From Halorarum halobium (GTDB lineage: Archaea; Halobacteriota; Halobacteria; Halobacteriales; Haloferacaceae): DNA of 64,000 bases. Position 1 is the first letter of the stretch; every line of letters begins with the position of its first letter. Both the position numbers and the translations under genes were made by a program. The stretch is taken from positions 62,001-126,000 of the forward strand of contig NZ_CP134949.1 of NCBI RefSeq assembly GCF_032116555.1. The letters run 5' to 3'. This document shows, piece after piece, positions 21,235 through 31,933 of the stretch. The notes beneath the pieces are model-generated. The model was not told the DNA's origin, did not search any database, and worked only from the letters and a program-made list of their open reading frames with translations.

Positions 21235-21423
21235 TCACACCAGATACTCGGTCACGTCGTCCATGTCCGTCCGACAGAACGGACAGCGGTAGCGCGTCGA
21301 GAAGCCGCCCGACTGGGCCGTCGTCTTCGCCTCGAGTTCGTGCATCCCGATCTGACGGCCGCAGTCGGGGCAGTTAACTTTCGGCACGGGTGTGTCACTC
21401 GATTCCACGGTCATAAACCCCAT
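21235..21423 (-). CDS. Small CPxCG-type zinc-finger protein
   Basis: CPDCG...YRCPFC; start may be the GTG at about 21387. Confidence 0.75.
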   Translation of the reverse strand: MGFMTVESSDTPVPKVNCPDCGRQIGMHELEAKTTAQSGGFSTRYRCPFCRTDMDDVTEYLV

Positions 21424-21561
21424 GACACGGCGTCGGAGAGTAATCTATTTGGTCGAAGAATCACAGTAGCGGCCCGCTACCCCGTCCCTGTCGGGATGAC
21501 GCGATCCGAAGACGAGCGTCAGATCCGGCCGTCCAGTCAGTCGAGTGACTTCTCTCGCCGC

Positions 21562-22644
21562 TCAGTCCCGCTCCTCGAACGTGAACGTTCCGTCCCGCTG
21601 GACGACCTCGCCGTCGAGTTCGATGACCGAGTCCTCGCTCATGTCGACGATCATGTCCACGTGCTCCGCGGACTCGTTCACCTCGTTGCCCTCGCCGACG
21701 GTCTCCGGGTACGCGCTGCCGACCGCCATGTGGACCGTATCGCCCATCTTCTCGTCGAACAGCATGTTGTAGGTGAGCCGGTCGATGGCGCGGTTCATCC
21801 CGATGCCGAGTTCGCCGAGGTAGCGGGCGGCCTCGTCGGTGTCGAACACGCCCGCGAGCACCGCCTCGTTGCGCCCGGCCGAGAACGACTCGACCCGCCC
21901 GTCCTCGAAGCGGAGGCGGACGTCCTCGATCTCGCGGCCCTGCCGGTACAGCGGCATGTCGAAGTGGACCTCGCCGGTCACCGACTCCTTCACCGGGGCC
22001 GTGAACACCTCGCCGCCGGGCAGGTTCTCCTCGCCGACGTCGTTGATCGCGGTGTTGCCGGCGATCGACATCGTGAGGTCGGTTCCCTCGCCCGACCGGA
22101 TCCGGACCTCGTCGGCGTCGTTCAGCAGGTCGACCAGTTGTTGCTGGAACTCGCCCTGGGCCTCCCAGTCCAGCGACACCGCGTCCCAGACGAAGTTCTC
22201 GTACGCGTCCGTGCTCATGCCCGCCAGCTGGGCGTGGCCCCGCGTCGGGTACTGGGTGAGACACCAGCGCTTCGAGAGTCGCTCCCGCTGGACGGGACGC
22301 ATCGCCCGGTTGTACGCCGCGGTCGTTTCGGGGTCGACGTCCGACTTCTCGGCGACGTTGCCGCCCGAACGTGCGATGACGAACGCGTCGGCCTCCTCGT
22401 ACAGCGCCCGCCGGTGCTCGGGCGTCTCGAACTCGTCGTCGCCGGCGCGGAGGAACGCCCGCGTCGCGCGGTCGTCGTTGTTCAGGAGTACCGGGTTCGC
22501 GCCGCGGTCGCCCGCGAGTTCGTGGACGGCGACCGCGAGGTCGGCTGCCTCGCTCGGCAACTGGACGACGAGGTCGTCGCCCGCCCCCAGGTCGATCGAG
22601 TGGTCGACGATGATCTCTGCGTGCTCCCGGATTCGCGGATCCAT
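21562..22644 (-). CDS. Aminopeptidase (M29, AmpS/AmpT family)
   Basis: NLPGGEVFTAP, YLGELGIG, LFDEKMGDTVHMAVG, SAEHVDMI; ATG 22644. Confidence 0.92.
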   Translation of the reverse strand: MDPRIREHAEIIVDHSIDLGAGDDLVVQLPSEAADLAVAVHELAGDRGANPVLLNNDDRATRAFLRAGDDEFETPEHRRALYEEADAFVIARSGGNVAEKSDVDPETTAAYNRAMRPVQRERLSKRWCLTQYPTRGHAQLAGMSTDAYENFVWDAVSLDWEAQGEFQQQLVDLLNDADEVRIRSGEGTDLTMSIAGNTAINDVGEENLPGGEVFTAPVKESVTGEVHFDMPLYRQGREIEDVRLRFEDGRVESFSAGRNEAVLAGVFDTDEAARYLGELGIGMNRAIDRLTYNMLFDEKMGDTVHMAVGSAYPETVGEGNEVNESAEHVDMIVDMSEDSVIELDGEVVQRDGTFTFEERD

Positions 22645-22712
22645 TGGCGTGAGGTGCGGACGACGAAAGGTATGGATTTCGACTGGCGGGCGACCGGGCG
22701 CTCGCCGGGACA

Positions 22713-23045
22713 CTACCCCTCGTTCTCGACCCGTTCGAGCACGATTCCCTCCGCGAACCGACCGCGCTCCGACGCCTTGGCGGTTCGAATCCGGTTCACG
22801 TGCGACCGGTCCCGCCAGTCGAGCAGCGTCTCCACGACCTCCAGCACGTCCGCGAGTTCGGCGTCGGCGTCCTCGTCGTCGTCCGTGCGGGCCTCGCGGA
22901 ACTCGGTCGCTTCCTCGACCAGTTTCTCCGCGAGGTAGGCGTCGTACTCCGCGCCCTCGACCCGCCGGGTGACCGGCGTCTCGTCGTTCCCCTCGATTAT
23001 CTCGGGGATGCGGTCGTGGACGAGTTTGTCGTACTCGGTGGGCAT
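22713..23045 (-). CDS. MazG-like nucleoside triphosphate pyrophosphohydrolase
   Basis: YDKLVHDRIPEII, KLVEEATEF, ELADVLEV, K..ERG.F. Confidence 0.85.
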   Translation of the reverse strand: MPTEYDKLVHDRIPEIIEGNDETPVTRRVEGAEYDAYLAEKLVEEATEFREARTDDDEDADAELADVLEVVETLLDWRDRSHVNRIRTAKASERGRFAEGIVLERVENEG

Positions 23046-23166
23046 CGTCCGGGGATGGGCAGGGGGCTCTGAAAAGTCGGCCGGGTCGGTGGCCACCTCG
23101 GGCGTCCACTTCACCGACGGCCGGTGTCGGCTCAGGCGTTCACTTCGACGGCGTACCGTTGCCGGC

Positions 23167-25935
23167 TCAGGCGTTCAGCACGGCCCGAAGGATCTCCGGC
23201 GCCGCATCCAGCGCGTCGGCGAGCGCGCCGACGTCGGGGCCGCCGCCCTGCGCGAAGTCCGGCGGGCCGCCGCCGCCGCCGCCCACGCGGCCGGCCAGTT
23301 CGCCGACGACCTCGCCGGCGTTCACCCCCACGTCGTCCGGGACGCCGACGACGAACGTCGCCGCGCCGCCCGCGCCCGACCCGAGCACTGCGATGCGGCC
23401 GTCCGCGACGAGCGCGTTCGCGGCCGCCCGCAGTTCGTCCGAGTCGGCGTCCATCCGCTCGACGATGGCGGGTGTACCGTCTATCTCGGCGGCGGGTTCG
23501 GCCGTCTCGATGCGCAGATTCGCCAGTTCCTCCTGCAGTCGGTCGATGGTCTTGCCGCGGTCCTTCCACTCGGTGAAGAACCGCTCGGCCGTCTCCGGCA
23601 CGTCCTGCGGGTCGACGTCGAGAACCGCGGCCGCGTCGTACAGCGCGTCCTCGGTCCGGTGGGTCGCGTCGACCGCTGCCTCGCCGGCGGCGAAGACGAT
23701 GCGCTCGACGCCGTCCTGCACCGGCTCGGTCTTGAGCACCTTGATGAGGCCGATGTCGCCGGTCCTGGCGACGTGGGTGCCGCCGCAGGCCTGCACGTCG
23801 TCGCCGACGGTGATGACCCGGATCTGCTCGCCCGGCGGGATGCCGCCCTGGTAGAGGTCGAAGCCGTACTCGGACTGGGCGTCGTGGCGGTCGGGCCACT
23901 CCTGCTTGACCGAGCTGTTCTCCCGGACGAGGTCGTTGGCGACGCGTTCGATCTCCTCGACCTCCTCGCGCGAGATGCGGTCGTAGTGGGCGACGTCGAG
24001 CCGGGAGGAGTCGAGCCCCTTCTGGGCGCCCGCCTGCCGGACGTGCTCGCCCAGCACCTCGCGGGCGGCGTAGCCGACGACGTGGGTCGCCGTGTGGTGG
24101 GCCATCAGCCGGCGGCGGCGCTCGCCGTCGACCTGGCCGCGGACGAACTCGCCCTTGCCGGGGTCCGCGTCGGTCCGGTGGAGGATGACGCCGTCCCTGA
24201 TCTGGACGTCGTCGACCTCGGCGGTGAGGTCGTCGGTCGAGAGCGTCCCGCGGTCGGCGGGCTGACCCCCGCCCTCGGGGTAGAACATCGTCTGGTCGAG
24301 CACGACGTCGTAGCCGTCCTCGCGCTCGAACACGTCGAGGACGACCGCCTCGAACTCCGTGCGGTCCTGATCGTCGTAGTAGAGCCGCTCGGTCTCCGGG
24401 AGGTCCGCGAGGCGCTCGTCGCTCCCGGCCCCCTCGCTCGCCGCGTCGACGGCGTCGTGGCGGGCGGCGACGAGCCCGTAGAAGTCGTCGGGCACCCGCA
24501 CGGTCGCGCCGCGCTCCTCGGCGATCTCCCGTACCATGTCGGGCTGGATGCCGTGGGAGTCGTACAGTTCGATGAGTTCCTCGACCGGAATCGACTCGTC
24601 CGTGCCGGCGTGCTCGTCGGCGAGCGCCTCGACCTTCCGGCCGCCGCGCTCGAGCGTCTCGCGGTACTTCTCGACCTCGGTACGGACGATGTCGCGGATG
24701 GTGTCCCGGTTCCGGTAGCCGAGGCGGTCGGCCTGCATGTCGACGAGTTCGTCGAGCGGGGCGTCGACGCCGACGGTGTCGACGAGCCGCTTCGTCCGGC
24801 GGAGCACCATCCGGGCGAGATAGCCCGTGCCGACATTCGAGGGGACGATCTCGTCGCCGAACATGTACGCGAGCGTCCGGCAGTGGTCCGCGATGGCGTA
24901 GATGTCCTCCAGCGGACGGAGCAGGTCGGTGAGCCGCTCGGTCCCCACGTCGAGCTTGTCGGCGATGTTGTCGCGGGCGGCCTCGACGTCCTCGGCCTCG
25001 TCGATGTCGAGGTGGCCCGAGAGCTTCGACGCGCGGTGGACGAGCGTCTCCTCCGCCTCGGTGAGTTCGATCCCGGCGTTCTCCTTCAGGAACGAGATCA
25101 TGTCCGGGTAGACGGCCTCGTACACCGTCGGGGTGCCCTGGCTCATCCAGGTCCACCGCTCCAGCCCGTAGCCGGTGTCGACGATGTACGTGTCCATCTT
25201 CGAGTACGTGTTCCCGTCCTTCATCTCGAACTCGCCGTCGGGGTCCTGCTCCATCGACATGAAGACGAGCGTGGCGAGTTCCGCGCCCTTGTAGATGACC
25301 TCGATGGCGGGGCCGGCGTTGCCGCCGCCGACCCACGGGTCCTCGATGTAGGTGATCTCCGCGAGGTCCGCGCCCATCGACTCGAAGAAGCCGTCGCAGT
25401 AGCGGACCGTCTCGTCCTTCCAGTACACCTCGCCCGAGTAGGCGTACTTGTCGCCGACCTCCTCGCGGGCGTTGAACGCGTGGTGGGCCATCATCTCGAA
25501 CGCCATCGTGTGCCGGCCCGTCTTGCCGACGTTGTCGATGTCCTGCATCCGGATGCACGGCTGGCTGATACAGAGCGGGTTCGCCGGCGGCGGCGTCCGC
25601 CCGGAGGTGACGAGCGGCTGGAAGTCGTAGATGGATGCCTGCGTCAGGAGGACGTCGTCCCGCCAGCGGTTCGCCGCGACCGGGTACGGCTCGATCCGCT
25701 CGTGGTCGTTGTCCTCGAAGTACGAGAGGAACGCCTCGCGCATCTCCTCGAGGCTGTACGCCTCGTCGAAGCCGGGGTCGTCGATGAAGGAGTAGTCCTC
25801 GCACGGCGGTTCGCCGCACAGCTTCCGCTCGGGGTCGCGGGTCCAGAAGTGGTCCCCGCAGGAGGAACACTCGCGTCGGTGGAACCCCTCCTCCTCGAAG
25901 TAGTCGAGGCGGTATTCCCCAGTGAGGTCGCTCAT
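23167..25935 (-). CDS. alaS: Alanine--tRNA ligase
   Basis: [64 protein letters not shown]. Confidence 0.97.
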   Translation of the reverse strand: MSDLTGEYRLDYFEEEGFHRRECSSCGDHFWTRDPERKLCGEPPCEDYSFIDDPGFDEAYSLEEMREAFLSYFEDNDHERIEPYPVAANRWRDDVLLTQASIYDFQPLVTSGRTPPPANPLCISQPCIRMQDIDNVGKTGRHTMAFEMMAHHAFNAREEVGDKYAYSGEVYWKDETVRYCDGFFESMGADLAEITYIEDPWVGGGNAGPAIEVIYKGAELATLVFMSMEQDPDGEFEMKDGNTYSKMDTYIVDTGYGLERWTWMSQGTPTVYEAVYPDMISFLKENAGIELTEAEETLVHRASKLSGHLDIDEAEDVEAARDNIADKLDVGTERLTDLLRPLEDIYAIADHCRTLAYMFGDEIVPSNVGTGYLARMVLRRTKRLVDTVGVDAPLDELVDMQADRLGYRNRDTIRDIVRTEVEKYRETLERGGRKVEALADEHAGTDESIPVEELIELYDSHGIQPDMVREIAEERGATVRVPDDFYGLVAARHDAVDAASEGAGSDERLADLPETERLYYDDQDRTEFEAVVLDVFEREDGYDVVLDQTMFYPEGGGQPADRGTLSTDDLTAEVDDVQIRDGVILHRTDADPGKGEFVRGQVDGERRRRLMAHHTATHVVGYAAREVLGEHVRQAGAQKGLDSSRLDVAHYDRISREEVEEIERVANDLVRENSSVKQEWPDRHDAQSEYGFDLYQGGIPPGEQIRVITVGDDVQACGGTHVARTGDIGLIKVLKTEPVQDGVERIVFAAGEAAVDATHRTEDALYDAAAVLDVDPQDVPETAERFFTEWKDRGKTIDRLQEELANLRIETAEPAAEIDGTPAIVERMDADSDELRAAANALVADGRIAVLGSGAGGAATFVVGVPDDVGVNAGEVVGELAGRVGGGGGGPPDFAQGGGPDVGALADALDAAPEILRAVLNA

Positions 25936-26080
25936 TACGCCTCACTACCCCCGTCACCGTGCAAAAGGGTTCCGGGCCGGCGACGGCGCCGCCCGACGCC
26001 GTTCACGGGCCGGGAGCCCCCTCACCGACATTCTTAAATTCCCGTTCGCTAACAATGGGTCCGACTGTCCGGTGGACCAC

Positions 26081-28834
26081 ATGACACCGTCGCTCAGGCA
26101 CCTCGTCGTCGCCGGCGACGACGCCGCAGACGTGGCTGCGGGGCTCTCCGACGCGGGGAGCGACTCGGTCGAGGCCGTGGCCCTCTCGGAGCTACGGGGG
26201 CGGATCCGGTCGGGGTCGACCGACTCCCCGCCGCCCGACGCGGTGGTCCTCTCGAACGCTGCCGAGCCGGACGAGGAGACGCTCGACGCGCTCGACGTCG
26301 CCGGCGTCCCCGTCGTCGTCATCGGCGCGGAGCCGCCGCCGTACGCCGACGGGTTCGTCCCGACGGACGACCCGGCGACATTGCTCCTGGAACTGTCCCA
26401 CGCGGTCGCCGGCGAGACGCGGCTCCAGTTGCGCGAGAGCCGAAACCGCATCACCCGACTGCACGATGGAGCGGCCGAAATCGCCGCCTCCCGGAGCTTC
26501 GACGAGCTGTTCGAGCGCGCGAGCGACGTCGCCGAGCGGGTGCTCTCGTTCGACCACAGTTGGCTCGGCGTACACGAGGGCGACCGGCTCGTCGCCCGCT
26601 TCCGGATCGGCGACCCCGACCCGGTGCGGGACGGCATCGACGTCGACGAGGGGCTCGCGGGCGTGACGTTCCGGGAGAACGAGTCGATCCTGGTCGAGGA
26701 CGCCGACGAGCACGGCGGGGTACGGGATCCGGACGGGTTCGGGTCGTTCGTCAGCGTGCCGGTCGGCGACGTCGGCGTGTTCCAGGCCGCGTCGTCCCGA
26801 CGGGGCGGCTTCGACGGGGAGGACCTCGAACTCGCCGAGCTGTTCGCAACCCACGTCGCACAGGCCCACGGCCGCATCCAGGCCGAGACCGACCTCCGGG
26901 AGCGCCAGCGGACGGTGACCGAACTCCACCGCGCCGCTCCCGGCCTCATCGACGCCGACAGCGAGGAGGCGCTGTTCGAGCTCACCGTCGACATCGCGGA
27001 GAAGGTGCTCGCGTTCGACCGGTCGTACCTCCTCGTGGCGCTGCCTGACGGCGACGGCTTCGAGACGGTCGCGACCACCGACCCGGACGCCCCCGACCGA
27101 GCACCCAACGCCGGCGTCCTCGGCAAGACGTACGAGGAGGACCGGACGTTCCTCGTCGACGCGGTCGCGGACCACCCCCACGCGCGGCCCGACCGGGACG
27201 GCCCACAGAGCGCCATCAGCGTCCCGTTCGGCGACGACGCGGTGTTTCAGGTCATCGCCGAGCGGGAGGGCGCGTTCGACGAGGCCGACCGCGAACTCGC
27301 CGAACTGCTCGTCTCGCACGCGACTGCGACGCGCGAGCGGGTCCGCTCGGAGTCGGCGCTCCGGGAGTCCCGCCGAACCATCGAACGGCTCCACGAGGCG
27401 GCCACCGAGATCTCCCTGGCCGAAACCGAGGACGCCGTGCTCGACCGGGCCATCGACGCCGCCGAGGGCGTGCTCTCGTTCGACAGGTGTACCATCAGCC
27501 TGCTCGACGAGACGGGCGAGATGCTCGTGCCGGCGGCCGAACCCGAGAGCGCGGACCCGGACGCCTCCCGCGCGATGCACGTCTCGGAGGGCGTGACGGG
27601 ACGGACGTTCCGGACGGGCGAGTCGGTCCTGATCGAGGACGTCGCCGACAGCGAGGACGCATCGCCCGCCAAGCCGGAGTACCGCTCCGGGGTGAGCGTG
27701 CCGATCGGTGACCTCGGCACCTGTCAGGCGGTGGCGACGCGGCCGAACGCGTTCGACGAGACGGACCTCGAACTCGCCGAACTGCTGATGTCACACGTCG
27801 CGGTCGCGCTGGAGCGCGTCCGTGCCGAGGGGGACCTCCGCGCCGAGCGGGACCGGCTCTCCGCGCTGTTCGAGAACGTCCCCGACGCCGCCATCTCGTT
27901 CGAGATGGTCGACGGCCAGCCCATCGTGCAGGAGGTCAACAGCGCCTTCGAGGACGTGTTCGGCTACGACGAGGCGGACGTCCTCGGCCGGGACGTCGAC
28001 GAGTTCATCGTTCCCGACGAGGGCGACCTGAAGCGGGAGGCCGCGGAGCTGAACAGGCGACTCAAGCAGGGGGACAACGTGAGGCGGGAGACCCGGCGGC
28101 TGACCGCCGACGGCGTGAGGGACTTCCTGATGTACGTGGTCCCGCTCGAACTCGACACCGAGAACCTCGGCGGCTACGCCATCCTCTCGGACATCACCGA
28201 GCGGAAGGAGCGCGAACGGGCGCTCGAGCGGCAGAACGAACGGCTCGAGGAGTTCGCCTCGGTCGTGAGCCACGACCTCCGGAACCCGCTCTCGGTCGCG
28301 GAGGGCTACCTCGACCTGGCGCGAGAGACGGGCGACGACGAGCACATCGACACCGTCGCGGACGCCCTCGATCGGATGCGGGGACTCATCGACGACCTGC
28401 TGACGCTCGCCCGGGAGGGCCGGGTCGTCGGCGACACGGAGGCCGCCGAACTGGCGGCCGTCGCGGACGTCGCCTGGCGGCACGTCGACACCGACGAGGC
28501 GACGCTGGCGGTCGAGGAGGACTGCGTCGTCGAGGCCGACCCGGACCGCCTCTCGGAACTGCTGGAGAACCTGTTTCGCAACGCGGTCGAGCACGGCGAC
28601 CCCGACGTCGCCGTCCGCGTCGAGTGCACCGAGGCCGGCTTCGCCGTCGAGGACGACGGGGACGGCATCCCGGAGGCCGACCGCGAGACGGTGTTCGAGC
28701 CGGGCGTCACCACCTCCCAGGACGGTACCGGGTTCGGGCTCGCCATCGTCCGCAGGGTCGCGGAGGCCCACGGCTGGTCGGTCGAACTCACGGAGTCGTC
28801 GTCGGGCGGCGCGCGGTTCGAGTTCTCGACGTGA
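26081..28834 (+). CDS. Sensor histidine kinase (degenerate receiver, 3 GAF, PAS, HisKA, HATPase)
   Basis: Three repeats ending F...D.ELAEL...H; DITERK; SHDLRNPL; ENLFRNA; DDGDGI; GTGFGL. Confidence 0.92.
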   Translation: MTPSLRHLVVAGDDAADVAAGLSDAGSDSVEAVALSELRGRIRSGSTDSPPPDAVVLSNAAEPDEETLDALDVAGVPVVVIGAEPPPYADGFVPTDDPATLLLELSHAVAGETRLQLRESRNRITRLHDGAAEIAASRSFDELFERASDVAERVLSFDHSWLGVHEGDRLVARFRIGDPDPVRDGIDVDEGLAGVTFRENESILVEDADEHGGVRDPDGFGSFVSVPVGDVGVFQAASSRRGGFDGEDLELAELFATHVAQAHGRIQAETDLRERQRTVTELHRAAPGLIDADSEEALFELTVDIAEKVLAFDRSYLLVALPDGDGFETVATTDPDAPDRAPNAGVLGKTYEEDRTFLVDAVADHPHARPDRDGPQSAISVPFGDDAVFQVIAEREGAFDEADRELAELLVSHATATRERVRSESALRESRRTIERLHEAATEISLAETEDAVLDRAIDAAEGVLSFDRCTISLLDETGEMLVPAAEPESADPDASRAMHVSEGVTGRTFRTGESVLIEDVADSEDASPAKPEYRSGVSVPIGDLGTCQAVATRPNAFDETDLELAELLMSHVAVALERVRAEGDLRAERDRLSALFENVPDAAISFEMVDGQPIVQEVNSAFEDVFGYDEADVLGRDVDEFIVPDEGDLKREAAELNRRLKQGDNVRRETRRLTADGVRDFLMYVVPLELDTENLGGYAILSDITERKERERALERQNERLEEFASVVSHDLRNPLSVAEGYLDLARETGDDEHIDTVADALDRMRGLIDDLLTLAREGRVVGDTEAAELAAVADVAWRHVDTDEATLAVEEDCVVEADPDRLSELLENLFRNAVEHGDPDVAVRVECTEAGFAVEDDGDGIPEADRETVFEPGVTTSQDGTGFGLAIVRRVAEAHGWSVELTESSSGGARFEFST

Positions 28835-28964
28835 GGCCGCCAGCGACCGGGTGGCGCCTGGCGCGTCCGAGCCGCAGCGAGGAGCGCCCCGACCACCCCA
28901 GAGGGTGTTCTGATGGCTGCACGGGTGGCCCACGCTTAAGCCGAACGCGACCGTCCCTTCGACC

Positions 28965-29507
28965 GTGTCGACCGCAGCCAGCGGCGGGGCCGCGGGGCGG
29001 CTGGGATCCCGGCTCGGCCTCGTCGCGCTCGTCGTCCTCGTCAACGCGCTCGGCGCGGCGCCGGCGCTGCTCGCCGGCCCGGACACCGCCTGGTTCGCCG
29101 CGCTGGCGAAGCCGGGGCTCTACCCGCCGCCGGTCGTCTTCGGCGTCGTCTGGACGCTCCTGTTCACTCTGCAGGCGGTCGCGCTGTGGCTCGTCGTCCG
29201 CGGCGGCTCCGGTCGGACCGGGGACGGTGACGCCGGCGTTCGAGGCTGGGGTCGCCCCCGGCGCGTCGCGGTCGCGGCGTTCCTCGTCCAGTTCGCCGTC
29301 AACCTGGCCTGGACGCCGACGTTCTTCGGACTTCAGCGGCTGCTGGGCGGCCTGGTGGTCATTCTGGTGCTGTTCGGACTGGCGCTCCTCACGGCCGGCG
29401 CGTTCGCGCGGGTCGACCGCCGGGCGGCGCTGCTGCTGGTGCCGTACCTCGCGTGGGTCGCGTTCGCGGCCGTGCTGAACTACCGGTTCTGGGCGCTGAA
29501 CGCCTGA
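28965..29507 (+). CDS. tspO: TspO/MBR family protein
   Basis: WFAALAKP...PP..FGVVWTLL, NLAWTPTFF, LLVPYLAWVAFAAVLN. Confidence 0.9.
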   Translation: MSTAASGGAAGRLGSRLGLVALVVLVNALGAAPALLAGPDTAWFAALAKPGLYPPPVVFGVVWTLLFTLQAVALWLVVRGGSGRTGDGDAGVRGWGRPRRVAVAAFLVQFAVNLAWTPTFFGLQRLLGGLVVILVLFGLALLTAGAFARVDRRAALLLVPYLAWVAFAAVLNYRFWALNA

Positions 29508-29518
29508 CCGGTCGCCCG

Positions 29519-30544
29519 TCAGGCCGACTCGACCGCGTCCGCGATGCGGTCGAGCGCCGTTTCCACGTCCTCGCCGTCGACGTCGAGGTGGGTGCAGAGC
29601 CGGCAGGTGTGCTCGCCGAACGGGGAGAAGGAGACGTCACGCGCCTTGCAGGCCGTCGAGAGTTCCTCGCCGGTGAGTCCCGCGCCCCCGCTATTGACCA
29701 TCACGATGTTCGTGTCCGGCGTCGGCGCCGAGAGCCCCTCGATGGCGTTCAGGCCCTCGGCGAGTCGCCGCGCGTGCTCGTGGTCCTCGGCGAGGCGGTC
29801 GACGTTGTCCAGCGACTCCAGTCCCGGCGCGGCGATGATTCCCGCCTGCCGCATCGCGCCGCCGAACAGCTTCCGGATCCGGCGCGCCCGGTCGACGAAC
29901 GCCGCCTCGCCCGCCAGAACCGACCCGACGGGCGCGCCCAGCCCCTTCGAGAGACAGAACAGCACCGAGTCGACGTGTTCGGTCATCGCGGCCGGGTCCT
30001 CCTCGAGCGCGACGCAGGCGTTCAGGAACCGGGCGCCGTCGAGGTGGACCGGCACGTCGCGCTCGTGGGCCGCCGCGGCCGCCGCGTCGAGGTGCTTCTT
30101 CGGGACCGCGACGCCGCCCCGGGAGTTGTGGGTGTTCTCGAGACAGAGCAGCCCCGTGCCGGGGCGGTGGAGGTCCTCGGCGACGTACCCGGCTTCGACC
30201 TGCTCGGGCGTCGGGACGCAGCGCTCGCCGCAGTCGAGGATACGCGGCTGGACGCCCGAGAGCTGCGGGATGCCGCCGAGTTCCCACTTGTACACGTGGG
30301 CCTGCTCGTCGCAGAGCAGTTCCTGGCCCCGGTCGGTGTGGGTCCGGATGGCGATCTGGTTGCCCATCGTCCCGGAGGGGACGAACAGGGCGGCCTCCAT
30401 CCCGGCGAGGTCGGCCGCGCGCGCCTCGAGTTCGTTGACGGACGGGTCGTCACGGTACACGTCGTCGCCGACGGGCGCGTCCGCCGCGGCCCGCCGCATC
30501 GCGTCGCTCGGCTTCGTGACGGTGTCCGAACGGAGATCGATCAT
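29519..30544 (-). CDS. ltaE: Low-specificity L-threonine aldolase
   Basis: MIDLRSDTVT, VGDDVY, PSGTMGNQ, LENTHN, HLDGAR, CLSKGLGAPVGS, GGAMRQAG. Confidence 0.92.
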   Translation of the reverse strand: MIDLRSDTVTKPSDAMRRAAADAPVGDDVYRDDPSVNELEARAADLAGMEAALFVPSGTMGNQIAIRTHTDRGQELLCDEQAHVYKWELGGIPQLSGVQPRILDCGERCVPTPEQVEAGYVAEDLHRPGTGLLCLENTHNSRGGVAVPKKHLDAAAAAAHERDVPVHLDGARFLNACVALEEDPAAMTEHVDSVLFCLSKGLGAPVGSVLAGEAAFVDRARRIRKLFGGAMRQAGIIAAPGLESLDNVDRLAEDHEHARRLAEGLNAIEGLSAPTPDTNIVMVNSGGAGLTGEELSTACKARDVSFSPFGEHTCRLCTHLDVDGEDVETALDRIADAVESA

Positions 30545-30622
30545 CGGGTGACAGTCGTCGTTCGCGCGGAAATATCGCGCGGTCCCCGGGCGATGTTGCT
30601 CCTTCGTCGCCGCTACTGTCCC

Positions 30623-30694
30623 ACCGCCCGACCGTCCACCGGCCCTTACGCCCAACTGCCCACTAGCCCATACGCCCGACCGGCCACCTGCCAG
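30623..30694. repeat. 3 x 24 bp degenerate tandem repeat with an 8-bp sub-period (five CCC tracts)
   Basis: accgcccgaccgtccaccggccct / tacgcccaactgcccactagccca / tacgcccgaccggccacctgccag. Confidence 0.75.
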
Positions 30695-30774
30695 CGTCCG
30701 CCGGACTACCCACGGCGGCACGAGCGGTAGTCGGGGGAGCGGCGCTCGGCCGAGTTCCCGCAGGGGGAGGGAAT

Positions 30775-30889
30775 GGAAGGGGCCGCGGCTCTCGGGGAAC
30801 CCCGGACCCGTAAGCACCGCAGGAGCGACCGCAGGAAGCGGCGAGGAGCACAGCGCGGTCCGCGGGAGCCGAGAGCCGCGGGGGCTTCC
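30775..30889 (+). repeat. Intergenic palindromic (REP/MITE-like) element, copy 1
   Basis: ggaag-ggg-ccgcggctctcgg...ccgagagccgcgg-ggg-cttcc arms; core AAGCACCGC...CGAGGAGCACAGCG shared with 42682-42848. Confidence 0.8.
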
Positions 30890-31023
30890 GAGGCGGTCCG
30901 AACGGGGCGGGTGGCTGCTCCAGGTACGGTGATACAGGAGACGACTGATGACACACGGGGAAACCGACCGGACCACACGCACCACGAGAAGGCTTACGTT
31001 GGCTCCCCCAATACCCCGACTCG

Positions 31024-31680
31024 ATGGCCGACATCCTGCCCTCCACCCCCGACCTCGGGAGCCCCGAGGAACGCGAGCCGCGGGTGCTCGGCGTCGACGC
31101 CGACGACGCCGACGACGTGCTCGCCGCACTCTCCTCCGAGACCGCGAGGACCGTCCTCGCGACGCTGCACAGCGACCCCGGCAACGCCAGCGACGTCGCC
31201 GAGCGCGCCGACACCAGCCTCCAGAACGCACAGTACCACCTGAAGCGGCTCCGCGAGGCCGGCCTCGTCGAGGTCGGCGGCACCGCCTACTCCGAGAAGG
31301 GCCGCGAGATGGACGTCTACCGGCCCGCCGACCGCGCGCTCGTGCTCGTCGCCGGGCGCGAGGAGGACACCCGCGGGCTGAAGGGGACGCTCAAGCGCCT
31401 GCTCGGCGGCGTCGGCGTCGTCGGGCTGCTCGCGGTGCTCATCGAGACGGCCCTCGAGGGGCCGTTCGCCCCGCCGCTCCCGTTCGGAACGGCCGCGAGC
31501 GGCTCCGCCGACGCTGGCGGGGAGTACCAGATGACGGCCGAGTCGACGGATATCGCCGCCTCCGCCGGGCCGACCCTGCTGGAGCAGGTCGCGGCCTCGC
31601 CGGGCGCGCTGTTCTTCCTCGGGGGCGTACTCGCGCTCGCGCTGGCCGTCGGGTACGTCTACTGGCGACGGAGCCGCTGA
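31024..31680 (+). CDS. ArsR-type HTH regulator with C-terminal TM segments
   Basis: ALSSETARTVL, TSLQNAQYHL..L.EAGLV, YSEKGREMDVY; two hydrophobic segments. Confidence 0.85.
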   Translation: MADILPSTPDLGSPEEREPRVLGVDADDADDVLAALSSETARTVLATLHSDPGNASDVAERADTSLQNAQYHLKRLREAGLVEVGGTAYSEKGREMDVYRPADRALVLVAGREEDTRGLKGTLKRLLGGVGVVGLLAVLIETALEGPFAPPLPFGTAASGSADAGGEYQMTAESTDIAASAGPTLLEQVAASPGALFFLGGVLALALAVGYVYWRRSR

Positions 31681-31933
31681 GTCGGGGGCTCACCGCGAGC
31701 TGTGACGACCGCGGGACCCGCGGTCGACGGGTGCGTGTGTGACTAAAAGCGCCGTTTGACATTACCGTGGGTATATGCTGTGAGCGGCAGTACGGGTGAG
31801 TACGGTCCCCCGACGCTTCGGCCCTCCAACCCGGTCCCCGCTGAACCCCCCGCTCCGCCCGAACGGACGGCACCCGTTTCGAGACGCTCTCTTGTGGAGG
31901 ACCCTCGCCGGTCCACACCGACCATCGTTCGTC

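Noticed and set aside
30775..30889. tRNA, SRP RNA or RNase P RNA
   Set aside because: No T-loop/anticodon cloverleaf or recognisable SRP/RNase P signature; a second diverged copy indicates a repeat family.
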